Shown here piece by piece: positions 19,774 through 30,463 of a stretch of DNA of 64,000 nucleotides. A model generated the notes under the pieces. That model searched no databases and was not told where the DNA came from. It saw only the letters and a program-made list of their open reading frames with translations. Positions within the stretch are counted from its first letter, which is position 1. Each line of letters begins with the position of its first letter. Made by a program: the position numbers and the translations under genes. The DNA is from an uncultured Anaerolineaceae bacterium (GTDB lineage: Bacteria > Chloroflexota > Anaerolineae > Aggregatilineales > Aggregatilineaceae). Location of the stretch: contig CAYYNB010000010.1 in assembly GCA_964472565.1 (NCBI GenBank), positions 253-64,252 of the forward strand, given 5' to 3'.

Positions 19774-22572
19774 ATGTCAGTCAATACCACTGACAAATGG
19801 TACGCCTTATCAGTTGACGAAGTTGCGCGCCAGATCGAAACCGATCTGGTCAATGGACTTGATGATCCACAGGTTCAACAACGTCAGGCTAAATATGGCA
19901 AAAATGAACTCCCCAGCGAGGCTGGGCTTTCGATCTGGAAACTGTTGTTAAGCCAGTTTACCAGTGTAATGGTTATCGTTCTGGTTGCAGCCGCCATCAT
20001 TTCTGCATTCATCGGCGATACCAAAGACTCGGTTGTGATCATGGCGATTGTGGTTTTGAACGCCGCGTTGGGCTTCTTTCAGGAATATCAGGCGGAACAA
20101 GCGTTGGCGGCGTTGGGAGCCATGCAAACACCTCAGGTTCGGGTTCGCCGCAACCATCACGTGCAGGAACTGAGCGCGCTTGAACTCGTGCCGGGTGACA
20201 TTGTGCTGATGGAAGCCGGCGATCGGGTGCCTGCCGATGGCCGTTTGGCCGAGGCGGTTAATCTGCAAATTGAAGAGGCGGCACTGACCGGCGAATCAGT
20301 CCCGGTTCAAAAGACAAGTGAAGCCCAACCCGATTCAGATCCGCCCCCCGCGCTGGCTGACCGGCGTAACATCGCCTATATGGGGACGGCTGTCACCTAT
20401 GGCCGCGCCGAAATGATCGTCACATCAACCGGGGCCGCTACCCAACTCGGAAATATCGCCGCGCTGCTTCAGCGGGTGGAAGAAGGCCGCACACCGCTGC
20501 AAGAACGGCTGTCCAAAATGGGCATGTGGTTAGCTGGAGCCGCGTTGATTGTTTGTGCGCTGGTCTTTTTGACCGGCGTTATCCGCGGTGAAGACGCTCG
20601 CGAAATGTTCCTGACGGCGATTAGCCTCGCGGTTGCGGCTATCCCCGAAGGTCTGCCGGCGGTGATCACTATCGCTCTGGCACTCGGCGCACGCCGTATG
20701 ATCAAACGCCGGGCACTGATTCGTAAACTTCCGGCAGTCGAAACCTTAGGTTCTGTTTCGGTGATCTGTTCCGACAAGACCGGTACCTTGACCCGGAACG
20801 AGATGACTGTAACCGAGCTTGCCTTGCCCGGACGTGACGATGTACGGCTGACGGGGGTTGGTTATGAACCGGTAGGCGACTTCTTTGAAGGCGATAAACA
20901 AATCAACCCGGTTAACGATGATGTGCTGGCACGCATTCTCCAAGCGGCAGCGCTCAACACCGACGCCTATCTTGAAAAACCGGGCGAAGATGTGGGTTGG
21001 ACGGTGGTAGGTGATACGACAGAAGGCGCGCTTTTGGTACTTGCCCGCAAAGCCGGGTGGGGCCGTGATGTGCTTGAAGAAGACCTGCCGCGCGTGGCTG
21101 AGCTTCCTTTCAGTTCCGAACGAAAAGCGATGTCTACCATTCACCAACCCAAAGGTAGCTTTGCCGCGCATTTGTTTGAAGAAGCGCCTTATGTCTCCTT
21201 TACCAAAGGGGCACCGGATCAGTTAGTTAACTGGGCTTCTCAGGAGACAATGCCCTCTGGTCCCGCATCACTCACCCCGGAGCGGCGGGAAACATGGCAG
21301 AAACAGATCGAAAAAATGGCAAGCGAGGGCCTGCGTGTTATCGGGCTGGGATACCGGGCGCTGACTTCTATTCCCGATCCACTTGAACCCGAAACCTTAG
21401 AGCGTGGGCTGACTCTGTTGGGGCTGATTGGCATCGTAGATCCGCCGCGTGCCGAAGCCAAACGAGCGGTTGAAGTCGCTCACCATGCCGGTATTCGCAC
21501 GGTGATGATCACTGGCGATCACAAGCTCACCGCCGAAGCGATTGCCCGCCAACTGGGGATCATGAAATCGAATGACAAAGCCTTCACCGGGGTTGAACTG
21601 GACACCCTGACCGAAGAACAACTCAATCAAGTGGTTACAACCACCAGTGTCTATGCGCGTGTTTCCCCTGAACACAAGCTGCGGATTGTCAAAGCTCTCC
21701 AATCACACGGTCAGATCGTCGCGATGACAGGTGACGGGGTGAATGATGCACCCGCCCTGAAACAGGCCAACATTGGCGTGGCGATGGGCATTACAGGCAC
21801 CGATGTCAGCCAGGGCGCGGCGGATATGGTTCTGACCGATGATAACTTTGCCAGTATCGTCGCCGCCGTCGAAGAAGGCCGCACGATCTACGATAATATT
21901 CGTAAGTTCGTTGGCTATCTGCTCAGCGCGAATTCGGGCGAAATCAGCACCATGTTTGTTGCCCTGTTGATTGGCCTCAAAGCTCCTTTGCTTGCAATCC
22001 AGATTTTGTGGGTGAACCTCGTGACCGACGGCTTACCCGCCATTGCGCTCGGTTTTGAGCCGGGTGAAGCGGATGTCATGGACCGCAAACCGCGTCCCCC
22101 GCGCGAGAGTATTTTTGCGCACGGTGTGGGTTGGCGGGTGCTGTGGGTTGGCGCTTGGCTTGGAGCCAGTACCATTCTCGGCTTTATCTGGGCACTGAAC
22201 CGCAATGGGGGAGAGCTGCTCGACCCATCGGATCATGCGCTGGAAATTGCGCGCACGGTGGCTTTTGGCATTCTGGCGCTGTCCCAACTCTTTGTGGTCA
22301 CAGCGTTACACTCCGGCGATACCTCATTCTTCCGTGCCCCACTGCATAAAAATAAGCTGCTGTGGGTAGCCGTCGTGTTCACCATGCTGTTACAGATGGT
22401 TGCTATTTACGTCCCCGGTTTCCAGCATCTGCTGAATACCGTATCTCTGGATGGTGCAGAATTGGCGATAACATGGCTGCTATCAGCATCGGTCTTCCCG
22501 GCGCTGGAGGTTGAAAAGATTATTCGCCGCTACCTGGAACGTAAAAACAACGGACTAACCGAAGCCTCCTGA
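19774..22572 (+). CDS. P-type ATPase, type II (Ca2+/cation-transporting)
   Basis: Start moved to ATG 19774. Motifs [30 protein letters not shown], and 10 TM helices. Confidence 0.9.
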   Translation: MSVNTTDKWYALSVDEVARQIETDLVNGLDDPQVQQRQAKYGKNELPSEAGLSIWKLLLSQFTSVMVIVLVAAAIISAFIGDTKDSVVIMAIVVLNAALGFFQEYQAEQALAALGAMQTPQVRVRRNHHVQELSALELVPGDIVLMEAGDRVPADGRLAEAVNLQIEEAALTGESVPVQKTSEAQPDSDPPPALADRRNIAYMGTAVTYGRAEMIVTSTGAATQLGNIAALLQRVEEGRTPLQERLSKMGMWLAGAALIVCALVFLTGVIRGEDAREMFLTAISLAVAAIPEGLPAVITIALALGARRMIKRRALIRKLPAVETLGSVSVICSDKTGTLTRNEMTVTELALPGRDDVRLTGVGYEPVGDFFEGDKQINPVNDDVLARILQAAALNTDAYLEKPGEDVGWTVVGDTTEGALLVLARKAGWGRDVLEEDLPRVAELPFSSERKAMSTIHQPKGSFAAHLFEEAPYVSFTKGAPDQLVNWASQETMPSGPASLTPERRETWQKQIEKMASEGLRVIGLGYRALTSIPDPLEPETLERGLTLLGLIGIVDPPRAEAKRAVEVAHHAGIRTVMITGDHKLTAEAIARQLGIMKSNDKAFTGVELDTLTEEQLNQVVTTTSVYARVSPEHKLRIVKALQSHGQIVAMTGDGVNDAPALKQANIGVAMGITGTDVSQGAADMVLTDDNFASIVAAVEEGRTIYDNIRKFVGYLLSANSGEISTMFVALLIGLKAPLLAIQILWVNLVTDGLPAIALGFEPGEADVMDRKPRPPRESIFAHGVGWRVLWVGAWLGASTILGFIWALNRNGGELLDPSDHALEIARTVAFGILALSQLFVVTALHSGDTSFFRAPLHKNKLLWVAVVFTMLLQMVAIYVPGFQHLLNTVSLDGAELAITWLLSASVFPALEVEKIIRRYLERKNNGLTEAS

Positions 22573-22580
22573 TCGACGAA

Positions 22581-22611
22581 AAATCCCCTTTCCACACGAG
22601 AGGGGATTTTT
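22581..22611 (+). terminator. Rho-independent terminator of the ATPase gene
   Basis: AAATCCCCT-11 nt-AGGGGATTT followed by a T-run. Confidence 0.8.
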
Positions 22612-22694
22612 GTATCTTTTGCCCATTATTTCGGGTTGATCCTGTGTTATACTTTCTCTAATTCTGCGAAATTTTACTATCTTGAGGCAGTTTG

Positions 22695-22781
22695 ATGTTT
22701 GGGGTCTTCATGGGTACCACAATGACCATGACTACCACCGGTATGATGACCGGGCGGTCAAATGCCGGTTGCTTCAGGTAG
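22695..22781 (+). CDS. Candidate 28-codon Thr/Met-rich leader peptide
   Basis: ATG TTT GGG GTC TTC ATG GGT ACC ACA ATG ACC ATG ACT ACC ACC GGT ATG ATG ACC GGG CGG ... TAG gives MFGVFMGTTMTMTTTGMMTGRSNAGCFR. GAGG lies 7 nt upstream. Too short for the ORF track. Confidence 0.55.
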   Translation: MFGVFMGTTMTMTTTGMMTGRSNAGCFR

Positions 22782-22812
22782 GTAGGGGCACAGAACATCA
22801 CCTCAGAAACCT

Positions 22813-22846
22813 AAAACGTGGAGCAAACCGGCCCCACGTTTTTTTA
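22813..22846 (+). terminator. Attenuator terminator between leader peptide and aspartate kinase
   Basis: AAAACGUGG-12 nt-CCACGUUUU followed by a run of 7 T (22839-22845). It lies 29 nt before the lysC ATG. Confidence 0.6.
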
Positions 22847-22874
22847 TTTGTGTTAGGGACCTAAGGAGACAGGC

Positions 22875-24293
22875 ATGGCACTCATTACCATGAAGTTTGG
22901 CGGCACCTCAGTTGGCAGCGCCGAGGCGATTGCCCAGGTCGCACGGATTGTTGAACAAAGTTACCAACAGGGTCATCAGGTGCTCGTAGTCTGCTCGGCG
23001 ATGAGCAAAGTGACCGATATGTTGATCCAGGGCGCACGTACTGCAATGTCCGGCGATTCATCTTCTTATGTTACACTATCAAATAAGCTGCGCGAGAAGC
23101 ACGAGAACGCTATCCAGACATTGATCCCCTCGGAAGTCGAACAGATTGTGCTGCGCGATGAAGTGATGGGCCTGATCGATGAGTTTAAGACCCTGTGTTA
23201 TGGTATTTACGTGTTGCGCGAAGCGTCCCCCAAAGCTATGGACAAAGTAAGTTCGTTGGGTGAGCGCATGTCGATGCCCATTGTCTCCGCCGCAATTCGC
23301 CAGCTTGGTATTCCCAGCGTTACTGTGAGTGCCAGTTCGCTTATCATGACGGATGACCAGTACCAGAATGCAGGCGTGCTGTTTCCTGAAACCGAGACCC
23401 AGATTCAAACGCGACTGCTGCCGGTCCTTCAGCAGGGAATCGTGCCCGTTGTGACCGGCTTTATCGGCGCAACCCGTGAGGGGGTTATTACCACGTTGGG
23501 ACGCGGCGGTAGTGATTACAGCGCTGCACTGCTAGGAGCCTATGTCAACAGTGATGAGGTTTGGATCTGGACCGATGTGGACGGGGTAATGACCGCTGAT
23601 CCGCGTATTGTGCCCGAAGCTCGTGTGATTCCGGTGCTGTCTTACTATGAAGTCGGTGAAATGGCATACTATGGCGCAAAGGTGCTGCATGCCAAGACGG
23701 TGTTGCCGTGTGTCGAACGTGACATTCCGGTGTGGGTCAAAAATACGTTTAACCCGTCCTTTCCCGGTACTTTGATCACCCGTCGCGACGAGAATACCCC
23801 TGGCACCATTAAGGCAGTTACGGCGATTCGCGATGTAAGCCTCATTACGGTTGCTGGTCGCGGCATGATTGGCGTTCCGGGTATTGCGGCCCGTACTTTT
23901 TCGGCGGTCGCCAAACAGGGCGCGAACGTGTTGATGATCGCGCAGTCTTCCAGCGAGCAAAGTATCTGTTTTGTCGTGCCGCAAGACAAAAGCCGTGAAG
24001 TCGCGCTGGCTATTGAAGCTGAGCTTGCAACTGAGTTTGGCCGTCAGGATATTGAGCACGCCTCAATCAATGATGATGTTGAAATTCTTGCTGTCGTCGG
24101 TGCCGGGATGCGGTTGCAGTCCGGTGTAGCGGCACGTGTCTTTGGCGCGTTGGGCGACCAGAATGTAAATATTTTCGCCATCGCCCAGGGAGCCAGTGAT
24201 TACTGCTTTTCCGTGGTCGTCGATTCATCCTCGACCCAGACCGCGATTTGTGCGATTCACAAGTTAGTTCAGGTGAATGGCTACACCCATTAA
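22875..24293 (+). CDS. lysC: Aspartate kinase (monofunctional, two C-terminal ACT domains)
   Basis: AAGGAG RBS. MKFGGTSVGS; GRGGSDYSA; ACT repeats at the C-terminus. Confidence 0.95.
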   Translation: MALITMKFGGTSVGSAEAIAQVARIVEQSYQQGHQVLVVCSAMSKVTDMLIQGARTAMSGDSSSYVTLSNKLREKHENAIQTLIPSEVEQIVLRDEVMGLIDEFKTLCYGIYVLREASPKAMDKVSSLGERMSMPIVSAAIRQLGIPSVTVSASSLIMTDDQYQNAGVLFPETETQIQTRLLPVLQQGIVPVVTGFIGATREGVITTLGRGGSDYSAALLGAYVNSDEVWIWTDVDGVMTADPRIVPEARVIPVLSYYEVGEMAYYGAKVLHAKTVLPCVERDIPVWVKNTFNPSFPGTLITRRDENTPGTIKAVTAIRDVSLITVAGRGMIGVPGIAARTFSAVAKQGANVLMIAQSSSEQSICFVVPQDKSREVALAIEAELATEFGRQDIEHASINDDVEILAVVGAGMRLQSGVAARVFGALGDQNVNIFAIAQGASDYCFSVVVDSSSTQTAICAIHKLVQVNGYTH

Positions 24294-24480
24294 AAGGGGC
24301 GGGAAACCGCCCCAAAAAATTCGAGTATCGTCATCCCACCATTCGTATGATACACTATGCCGTCTTACACGGAACTGTTACCACGCACCGCGCATCCCGC
24401 GCCCTTCCGCTTGCCGTTCTTCAGAGATAACCTCGCGTGTGTCGGTTATCCTTCTTAGCCGAATTGATGACAAATAAGCT

Positions 24481-25719
24481 ATGCAATTTAGTGAACTCCA
24501 GCTCATTGAACCGTTGCTGCGTGCTGTGCGCGCCGAAGGTTATACCGAACCCAGCCCTATCCAGACTCAGGCTATTCCGTCTGTTTTAGCCGGAAAAGAT
24601 CTGCTGGGCTGTGCCCAGACAGGCACTGGAAAAACCGCCGCTTTTGCGCTGCCCATTTTACAGCGTTTAGCCACCCGTAAAGCTCAGGGCGCGCGCCATC
24701 TGCGCGCGTTGGTGCTCACCCCGACTCGTGAACTGGCGAGCCAGATTGGTGAGAGTTTCAGTGTTTATGGTCAATACACGTCTATCCGCCAGGTGACTAT
24801 CTACGGGGGCGTGAATCAGAATCCGCAGGTAGATCGTCTGCGGCGGGGCGCAGATGTGTTAGTTGCCACGCCGGGTCGTCTGCTTGATCTGATTGATCAG
24901 GGTTATATCTCGCTGGATCGCCTCGAAGTGTTTGTGTTGGATGAAGCGGATCGAATGCTCGATATGGGCTTCATTCATGCGGTGCGAAAAATCATCATGT
25001 ACTTGCCCGTCAAGCGGCAAACGCTGCTGTTTTCGGCCACCATGCCCGCCGATATCCAATCGCTTGCCAACAGCATCCTGACCGATCCGGTTATGGTTTC
25101 CGTAGCTCCTGCTGCCACAACCGTGGAGACGATCCAGCAGTCTATCTTTTTCGTGGAAAAGCCCAACAAACCCGCCTTGCTCAATCATCTGTTGGCGGAT
25201 AAGTCCATGAAACGCGTTTTGGTGTTTACACGCACCAAACATGGGGCCGATAAGGTGGTGCGCCTGTTAAAACGCGAATCAGTATCAGCCGCCGCTATTC
25301 ATGGCAACAAATCTCAATCCGCGCGTGAACAGGCGCTTGCCAGCTTTAAGACCGGGACAGCGCGTGTTTTAGTGGCAACCGATATTGCGGCGCGGGGTAT
25401 CGATGTGGACAGCATCACGCACGTTATCAACTATGATCTACCCAACGAACCCGAAAGTTATGTGCATCGTATCGGACGGACCGGGCGTGCAGGCGCATCA
25501 GGGATCGCCTATTCGTTTTGCGATATGGATGAACGTCCCTATCTGACAGATATTGAGCGCCTTATTCGCATGCACATTCCAACCGCTGCCGAACATCCGT
25601 ATGCCGTCGAACCTCCGGCAGTGATCACGGTTGATAAGCCGCAAGCGGCAGTCAAACCAGGCAAGCCGTCATCCCGCCGGAATCGGAACAATCGGCGTCG
25701 TGCCAAAAACGCGAGCTGA
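24481..25719 (+). CDS. DEAD-box ATP-dependent RNA helicase
   Basis: Q motif, [23 protein letters not shown], and a basic C-terminal tail. Confidence 0.95.
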   Translation: MQFSELQLIEPLLRAVRAEGYTEPSPIQTQAIPSVLAGKDLLGCAQTGTGKTAAFALPILQRLATRKAQGARHLRALVLTPTRELASQIGESFSVYGQYTSIRQVTIYGGVNQNPQVDRLRRGADVLVATPGRLLDLIDQGYISLDRLEVFVLDEADRMLDMGFIHAVRKIIMYLPVKRQTLLFSATMPADIQSLANSILTDPVMVSVAPAATTVETIQQSIFFVEKPNKPALLNHLLADKSMKRVLVFTRTKHGADKVVRLLKRESVSAAAIHGNKSQSAREQALASFKTGTARVLVATDIAARGIDVDSITHVINYDLPNEPESYVHRIGRTGRAGASGIAYSFCDMDERPYLTDIERLIRMHIPTAAEHPYAVEPPAVITVDKPQAAVKPGKPSSRRNRNNRRRAKNAS

Positions 25720-25876
25720 TTATTTCATCTAAAGAACGCAAAGCTGTTCTGGCTTGATTCCAGGGCGGCTTTTGGCTTCAGATAATAACTTATGAGAATG
25801 GTGCTTCTCAAAACTAATAAAAAAGGATAGAATTATGGATGTGCATCAAGAACGCTAATCGACTGGAAAATTCTCC

Positions 25877-26863
25877 GTGGCTGACGAAATTTCTTCCTAC
25901 AATCCATCTGGTTTAATTCCATCATCGCCCCCGCCGCTTGATTACCATCCGGTAGCTGTCTATCTGGCGAGTCTGGCTCCAGGCTCGCGCCGCACGATGC
26001 GTCAGGCGTTAGATACCATTGCCGCCATTCTCACCAACGGCCAACAGGATGCGCTGTCATTAAATTGGGGCGCTTTGCGTTATCAGCATACCGCCGCCGT
26101 TCGCTCTCGTTTAGCGGAACAGTTCAAACCCTCAACGGCGAACAAAATGCTGTCGGCCCTGCGCCAGGTGCTCCATCATGCCTGGAAGCTGGGCTTGATG
26201 TCGGCGGAAGATTATCAGCGTGCGCGCGATATAGGCGCGGTCAAAGGCAATACATTACCCGCCGGGCGCAGTTTGGATGCGGGTGAGATCGCGGCCCTGG
26301 TGATGACCTGCGAATCTGATCCCACACCGGCAGGTATTCGTGACGCTGCAATTATTGCGTTGATGTATGCGACAGGCATTCGCCGTGCATCCGTGATCAA
26401 ATTGGATCTGGATGATTATGATCCATCAGCCAAAACGCTGCGTGTGCGTGGGGCTAAGGGTCAAAAAGAATATTTAGCCCACATTCCCCAGAGCGGCGCA
26501 TTCCGCGCCCTTGAAGATTGGATCGCCATTCGCGGCGATAATTCCGGACCGTTGTTCTGGCCGATCACCAAAATGGGAAAGTTGGTCAACCGGCGGATGA
26601 GCACACAGGCCGTTTATAATCTGCTTGCCAAGCGGGCCAATGAAGCCGGAGTCGATCACTTTTCGCCGCACGATCTGCGCCGTACCCTGGCTGGTGATCT
26701 GTTGGATGCGGGGGCAGACATTGTGACCGTCCAGAAAATGTTAGCCCATGCGAATGTACAAACCACCGCCCGTTATGATCGCCGCCCCGAAGAAACCAAA
26801 CGCAAAGCCGCCAGCCTGATTCACATCCCCTATCGCGGGCGCAAAAAAAGCCCTAAATCATAA
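25877..26863 (+). CDS. Tyrosine site-specific recombinase/integrase
   Basis: 328 aa with a GTG start. Motifs ATGIRRASVIKLDLDD (Arg I), HDLRRT (box II His-x-x-Arg), LAHANVQTTARYDRR (catalytic Tyr). Confidence 0.9.
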   Translation: MADEISSYNPSGLIPSSPPPLDYHPVAVYLASLAPGSRRTMRQALDTIAAILTNGQQDALSLNWGALRYQHTAAVRSRLAEQFKPSTANKMLSALRQVLHHAWKLGLMSAEDYQRARDIGAVKGNTLPAGRSLDAGEIAALVMTCESDPTPAGIRDAAIIALMYATGIRRASVIKLDLDDYDPSAKTLRVRGAKGQKEYLAHIPQSGAFRALEDWIAIRGDNSGPLFWPITKMGKLVNRRMSTQAVYNLLAKRANEAGVDHFSPHDLRRTLAGDLLDAGADIVTVQKMLAHANVQTTARYDRRPEETKRKAASLIHIPYRGRKKSPKS

Positions 26864-26924
26864 TCGCTTGCTTGCCACACTTAAACTATCCGCGTACGAT
26901 AGAAGGATTATCGGCTAACTGTGT

Positions 26925-27608
26925 GGATACTTATCGAGGCTTTCTACTGTATTCTCTTGCGCTGTTGTGGGTCTGAATGGTGAAATTATTCAAGTGGAGG
27001 TGGACTTTAACCCGCATGGTATGCCCTCCTTCACGGTGGTGGGGCTGCCGGATACGGCGGTACAGGAAAGCCACGAACGTGTCCGATCCGCCATTCGCAA
27101 CAGTGGCTTACAGTTTCCCAACAAGCATTACACCGTAAATTTAGCGCCAGCCAGTCTGCGCAAAGCCGGCCCTGCCTATGACCTGCCAATTGCGATTGGT
27201 GTGTTAGCCTCGACCGATCAGGTTCCCTTACACAGGCTCACCGGGGCCTTGTTCGTCGGCGAACTCTCCCTTGATGGCAGCGTCCGCCATATCAGCGGTG
27301 TGCTTCCGGTAGCTCATCGGGCGTGGCAGGAAGGCTTCGAATGCATTTATGTTCCCGAAGAAGATGTATCTCAGGCGGCGCTTGTTCCTGACATTGATGT
27401 CATTCCCGTTCATTCCCTCGGCCAGTTGGTCGAACATCTCTATGATCTTCAGCCCATCCCGCCCTATGTGCGCCAGAACATCGATCTGAGCGTTCCTGAC
27501 GACCTGGATGGTTTGACCGACTTCGCCGATGTAAAAGGGCAAAGGTATCTGAAACGCGCTCTTTGTGAAGTTGCTGAAGATTGGATCACATATCATTTTG
27601 ACTGTTGA
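26925..27608 (+). pseudogene. comM: comM/yifB 5' fragment (residues ~5-204), start codon lost
   Basis: LSTVFSCAVVGLNGEIIQVEVDFNPHG...DFADVKGQ is collinear with residues 5-204 of the intact copy. Homology ends after GGG CAA (27537-27542), followed by a 22-codon tail and stop. The positions of both ATGs of the intact copy are mutated. Confidence 0.85.
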
Positions 27609-27870
27609 CTCACTTGGCGATGATAATCACCGATGGCTCGTGCATTTTAAGGTTGGACTACCCATCCACCTCACTAATTCTCACATGATACAGACGAACT
27701 ATGGATTGTGTACTTCGCCGCGATTGGTGTCTAGATAAGTCGGCCAAGAGGCTGAAACCGCCAACGAGGACATGCATAATTATTTTGAGGAGTTGACTTT
27801 CCCGCACCTAGCATTTGAGCTAGGATATATTTGTTGATAGTACCTTTATTGTTGCTATCCCAAGGCGGAT

Positions 27871-29412
27871 ATGCTCATGCTTTCGACTGTTTATTCATGC
27901 GCGATTGTAGGACTAGAAGGTGAAATTGTTCAGGTAGAAGTTGATTTTAATCCCCATGGGATGCCCGCGTTTACAGTTGTTGGTTTGCCTGATGCGGCAG
28001 TTCAAGAGAGTCGCGAGCGTGTTCGGTCGGCTATTCGCAATAGCGGTTTGAATTTTCCCAATAAACGATATACCGCGAATCTTGCCCCAGCGAATCTGCG
28101 TAAAGAGGGCCCAGCCTACGATTTACCATTAGCAATGGGCGTCTTGGCCTCAACTGATCAGGTGCCATTGCATCGTTTAAACGGCGCGGTATTTGTGGGC
28201 GAACTTTCACTGGATGGTACGGTGCGGCATATTGGCGGTATCCTGCCGATTGCGTATTGTGCATGGCAAGAAGGGTACGAGTGTATCTATGTGCCTGAAG
28301 AGGATGCTCCACAGGCAGCACTTGTGCCAGAAATCGACGTAATCCCCGTGCGTTCGCTGGGGCATTTGGTCGAACACCTTTACGATCTGCAGGTTATTGC
28401 CCCCTATGTGCGTGGCGAGATGAACCTAAGAGTACCCGGTGATTTGGGAGGGTTAACGAATTTCTCTGATATTAAAGGTCAACAACATGTTAAGCGTGCG
28501 CTCGAAGTTGCTGCGGCTGGTTCGCACAATGTGCTTATGATTGGACCGCCTGGCGTTGGGAAAACATTGCTCGCGCGGGCGTTGCCTGGTATTCTGCCGA
28601 CGATGTCACTCGACGAAGCGCTTGAAGTAACGCGCATCTATTCAGTGGCAGATTTGCTACCGCCCGATAATCCCCTGGTGCAGATTCGTCCATTCCGTGC
28701 ACCTCACCATACGATCAGTGATGCCGGCTTGGTCGGTGGTGGTTCGTTGCCTCGGCCCGGCGAAGTCTCGCTTTCACACCGTGGAGTTCTTTTTCTCGAT
28801 GAAATGCCCGAATTTGGCACCCATGCTTTGGAAGTACTACGCCAGCCGATTGAAGACAAGCATGTCACTATCAGCCGCGCACGCGTCTCTCTTTCGTTCC
28901 CGGCAAATTTCATGCTGGTTGCGGCAATGAATCCCTGTCCTTGTGGATTTCACGGCGATCCTGTTAAGGAATGTACGTGCTCGCCAGCGCAGGTACGGCG
29001 TTACCAACAGCGTCTATCAGGTCCGTTGCTGGATCGGATTGATATTCATATTGACGTGCCGCGGGTGGATTATGACAAGCTTACCGATGACCGGCGAGGT
29101 GAAAGTTCTTCAGCAATTCGTGAGCGTGTCGAAGCGGCGCGTGATCGACAGCGCGTTCGTTTTCGGGATGAAGCGCGGCTGCAAGCGAATGCCGATATGG
29201 GGCCTGGCGAAATCCGGCGCTATTGTAAGCCATCCAACGAGGGACAGCAGTTGCTGAACACTACGCTGCGCCAGATGCAGTTGAGCGCGCGTGCCTATCA
29301 CCGGATTCTCAAGTTGAGCCGGACGATTGCCGATCTTGCGGCGAATGACACAATTGAGATCGAACACCTTGCCGAGGCGATTCAATACCGCCCGCGCAAA
29401 GTGATTTATTAG
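27871..29412 (+). CDS. comM: ComM/YifB-family Mg-chelatase-like AAA+ ATPase (intact copy)
   Basis: 513 aa. N-terminal Lon-like domain, Walker A GPPGVGKT, LFLDE, a CPCG zinc-like motif, and a C-terminal ChlI-like helix bundle. Confidence 0.9.
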   Translation: MLMLSTVYSCAIVGLEGEIVQVEVDFNPHGMPAFTVVGLPDAAVQESRERVRSAIRNSGLNFPNKRYTANLAPANLRKEGPAYDLPLAMGVLASTDQVPLHRLNGAVFVGELSLDGTVRHIGGILPIAYCAWQEGYECIYVPEEDAPQAALVPEIDVIPVRSLGHLVEHLYDLQVIAPYVRGEMNLRVPGDLGGLTNFSDIKGQQHVKRALEVAAAGSHNVLMIGPPGVGKTLLARALPGILPTMSLDEALEVTRIYSVADLLPPDNPLVQIRPFRAPHHTISDAGLVGGGSLPRPGEVSLSHRGVLFLDEMPEFGTHALEVLRQPIEDKHVTISRARVSLSFPANFMLVAAMNPCPCGFHGDPVKECTCSPAQVRRYQQRLSGPLLDRIDIHIDVPRVDYDKLTDDRRGESSSAIRERVEAARDRQRVRFRDEARLQANADMGPGEIRRYCKPSNEGQQLLNTTLRQMQLSARAYHRILKLSRTIADLAANDTIEIEHLAEAIQYRPRKVIY

Positions 29413-29448
29413 GTTGGTTTCATACCAGTATTGCTGGTCGATGTTTGA

Positions 29449-29737
29449 TGTCAAAATTCGGATGCTGTCAGCGAAATCGGAATCGGGCAGCGAGCGCCGC
29501 AAAAGATGAAATGCGTGTCGCGGCTCTTTAATGCGGTGCGCCAAATTATCGAAACCGTCAACGGACAATTGACCGAGCAGTTTCATATTGAGCACAATCA
29601 TGCCCATACCTTTGAGGGGCTGTGTGCGCGTTTGATGTCCAAATTGACGGCTCATACGTTGTATCGCTTCTTGGGCAAGCCTGATTTCCTGCAAATCAAA
29701 GCCCTTGCTTTCCCGATCTAGCATAAGGACCTATTAG
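29449..29737 (+). mobile_element. IS982-like element, 3' remnant only (last ~90 codons of transposase plus terminal inverted repeat)
   Basis: ...RLFNAVRQIIETVNGQLTEQFHIEHNHAHTFEGL...ALAFPI*. The terminal repeat CTAGCATAAGGACCTATTAG (29718-29737) matches the repeats at 35287 and 36867. Confidence 0.6.
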
Positions 29738-29748
29738 TGAGGCTGTCG

Positions 29749-30459
29749 ATGAGTAAATTGAAGATCATTGCTTGCGCGACAGTCATCGAGGAAATGCTGC
29801 CTATTCTGCCTCCTGACATCCCCTATGATGCGCTAGATTTTGGCCTGCATCTCCGGCCCGAAGGTCTCAAAACGGCGCTGCAACAAGCCATTGATCAAGC
29901 GAGTGATCAGGCAGACACGATCATACTGGGATATGGTTTGTGCGCGATGGCTGTGGTTGGTTTGCGGGCCACAAATTGTACCTTAATTATCCCACATGTC
30001 GATGACTGCATCGCTATTTTTCTTGGCTCGCGCGAAGCATACGAGTACCAGTCAGGCCAAACACCGGGTACTTACTACCTGACCAAAGGATGGATCGAAG
30101 TTAACGATACTCCCTTTGAAGAACACAAACGTTTGGTCGAACGTTACGGAGTAGAACGCGCTGACCGGATGATGCAGTTAATGCTCAAACATTACACCCG
30201 GTTGGCCTTTATCGACACCGGACAGCAAAATCAGGAACACTACCGCGCTTATGCCCGCGAGGCAGCAGCGAAGTTCAATTTGAAATACGAAGAAATTCCA
30301 GGTTCAAACCGGTTAATTAAAAAAATGATTTGGGGACCCTGGGATGATGAGGACTTTGTTATTGCTCAACCCGGACAAATTGTTACGTATGCTGACTTTA
30401 AGACGACGGTTACCACCACTGGCAACTTGATCACATTTAGCCCTGATAACAATGGGTAG
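29749..30459 (+). CDS. DUF1638-like protein (commonly linked to corrinoid methyltransferase operons)
   Basis: 236 aa from ATG 29749. KIIACATVIEEM...ILGYGLC...HVDDCIAIFLGS pattern. Confidence 0.65.
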   Translation: MSKLKIIACATVIEEMLPILPPDIPYDALDFGLHLRPEGLKTALQQAIDQASDQADTIILGYGLCAMAVVGLRATNCTLIIPHVDDCIAIFLGSREAYEYQSGQTPGTYYLTKGWIEVNDTPFEEHKRLVERYGVERADRMMQLMLKHYTRLAFIDTGQQNQEHYRAYAREAAAKFNLKYEEIPGSNRLIKKMIWGPWDDEDFVIAQPGQIVTYADFKTTVTTTGNLITFSPDNNG

Positions 30460-30463
30460 AGGC

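Noticed and set aside
22682-22864. A 60-aa TTG-initiated ORF upstream of lysC
   Set aside because: It has a non-ATG start and a His/Arg/Asp-rich nonsense-like sequence, and it reads through the terminator. The overlapping 28-codon Thr/Met ORF in another frame explains the region better.
24295-24320. The GGGGCGG-gaaa-CCGCCCC hairpin after lysC as a classical terminator
   Set aside because: The stem is good, but on the plus strand it is followed by an A-run rather than a T-run. It may still terminate transcription or stabilise the 3' end, so it was not annotated as a confident terminator.
27520-27600. A shared att core (identical direct repeat) at the two comM fragment junctions (27.54 kb and 40.19 kb)
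   Set aside because: Manual comparison found only about 5 nt of identity (GTTGC) and ~55% similarity over 36 nt. This is insufficient to call attL/attR and needs a proper alignment.
29110-29724. A 204-aa minus-strand ORF spanning the comM 3' end and the IS remnant
   Set aside because: It is antisense to two recognisable plus-strand coding segments (the comM C-terminus and the IS982-like transposase C-terminus). It is a shadow frame.
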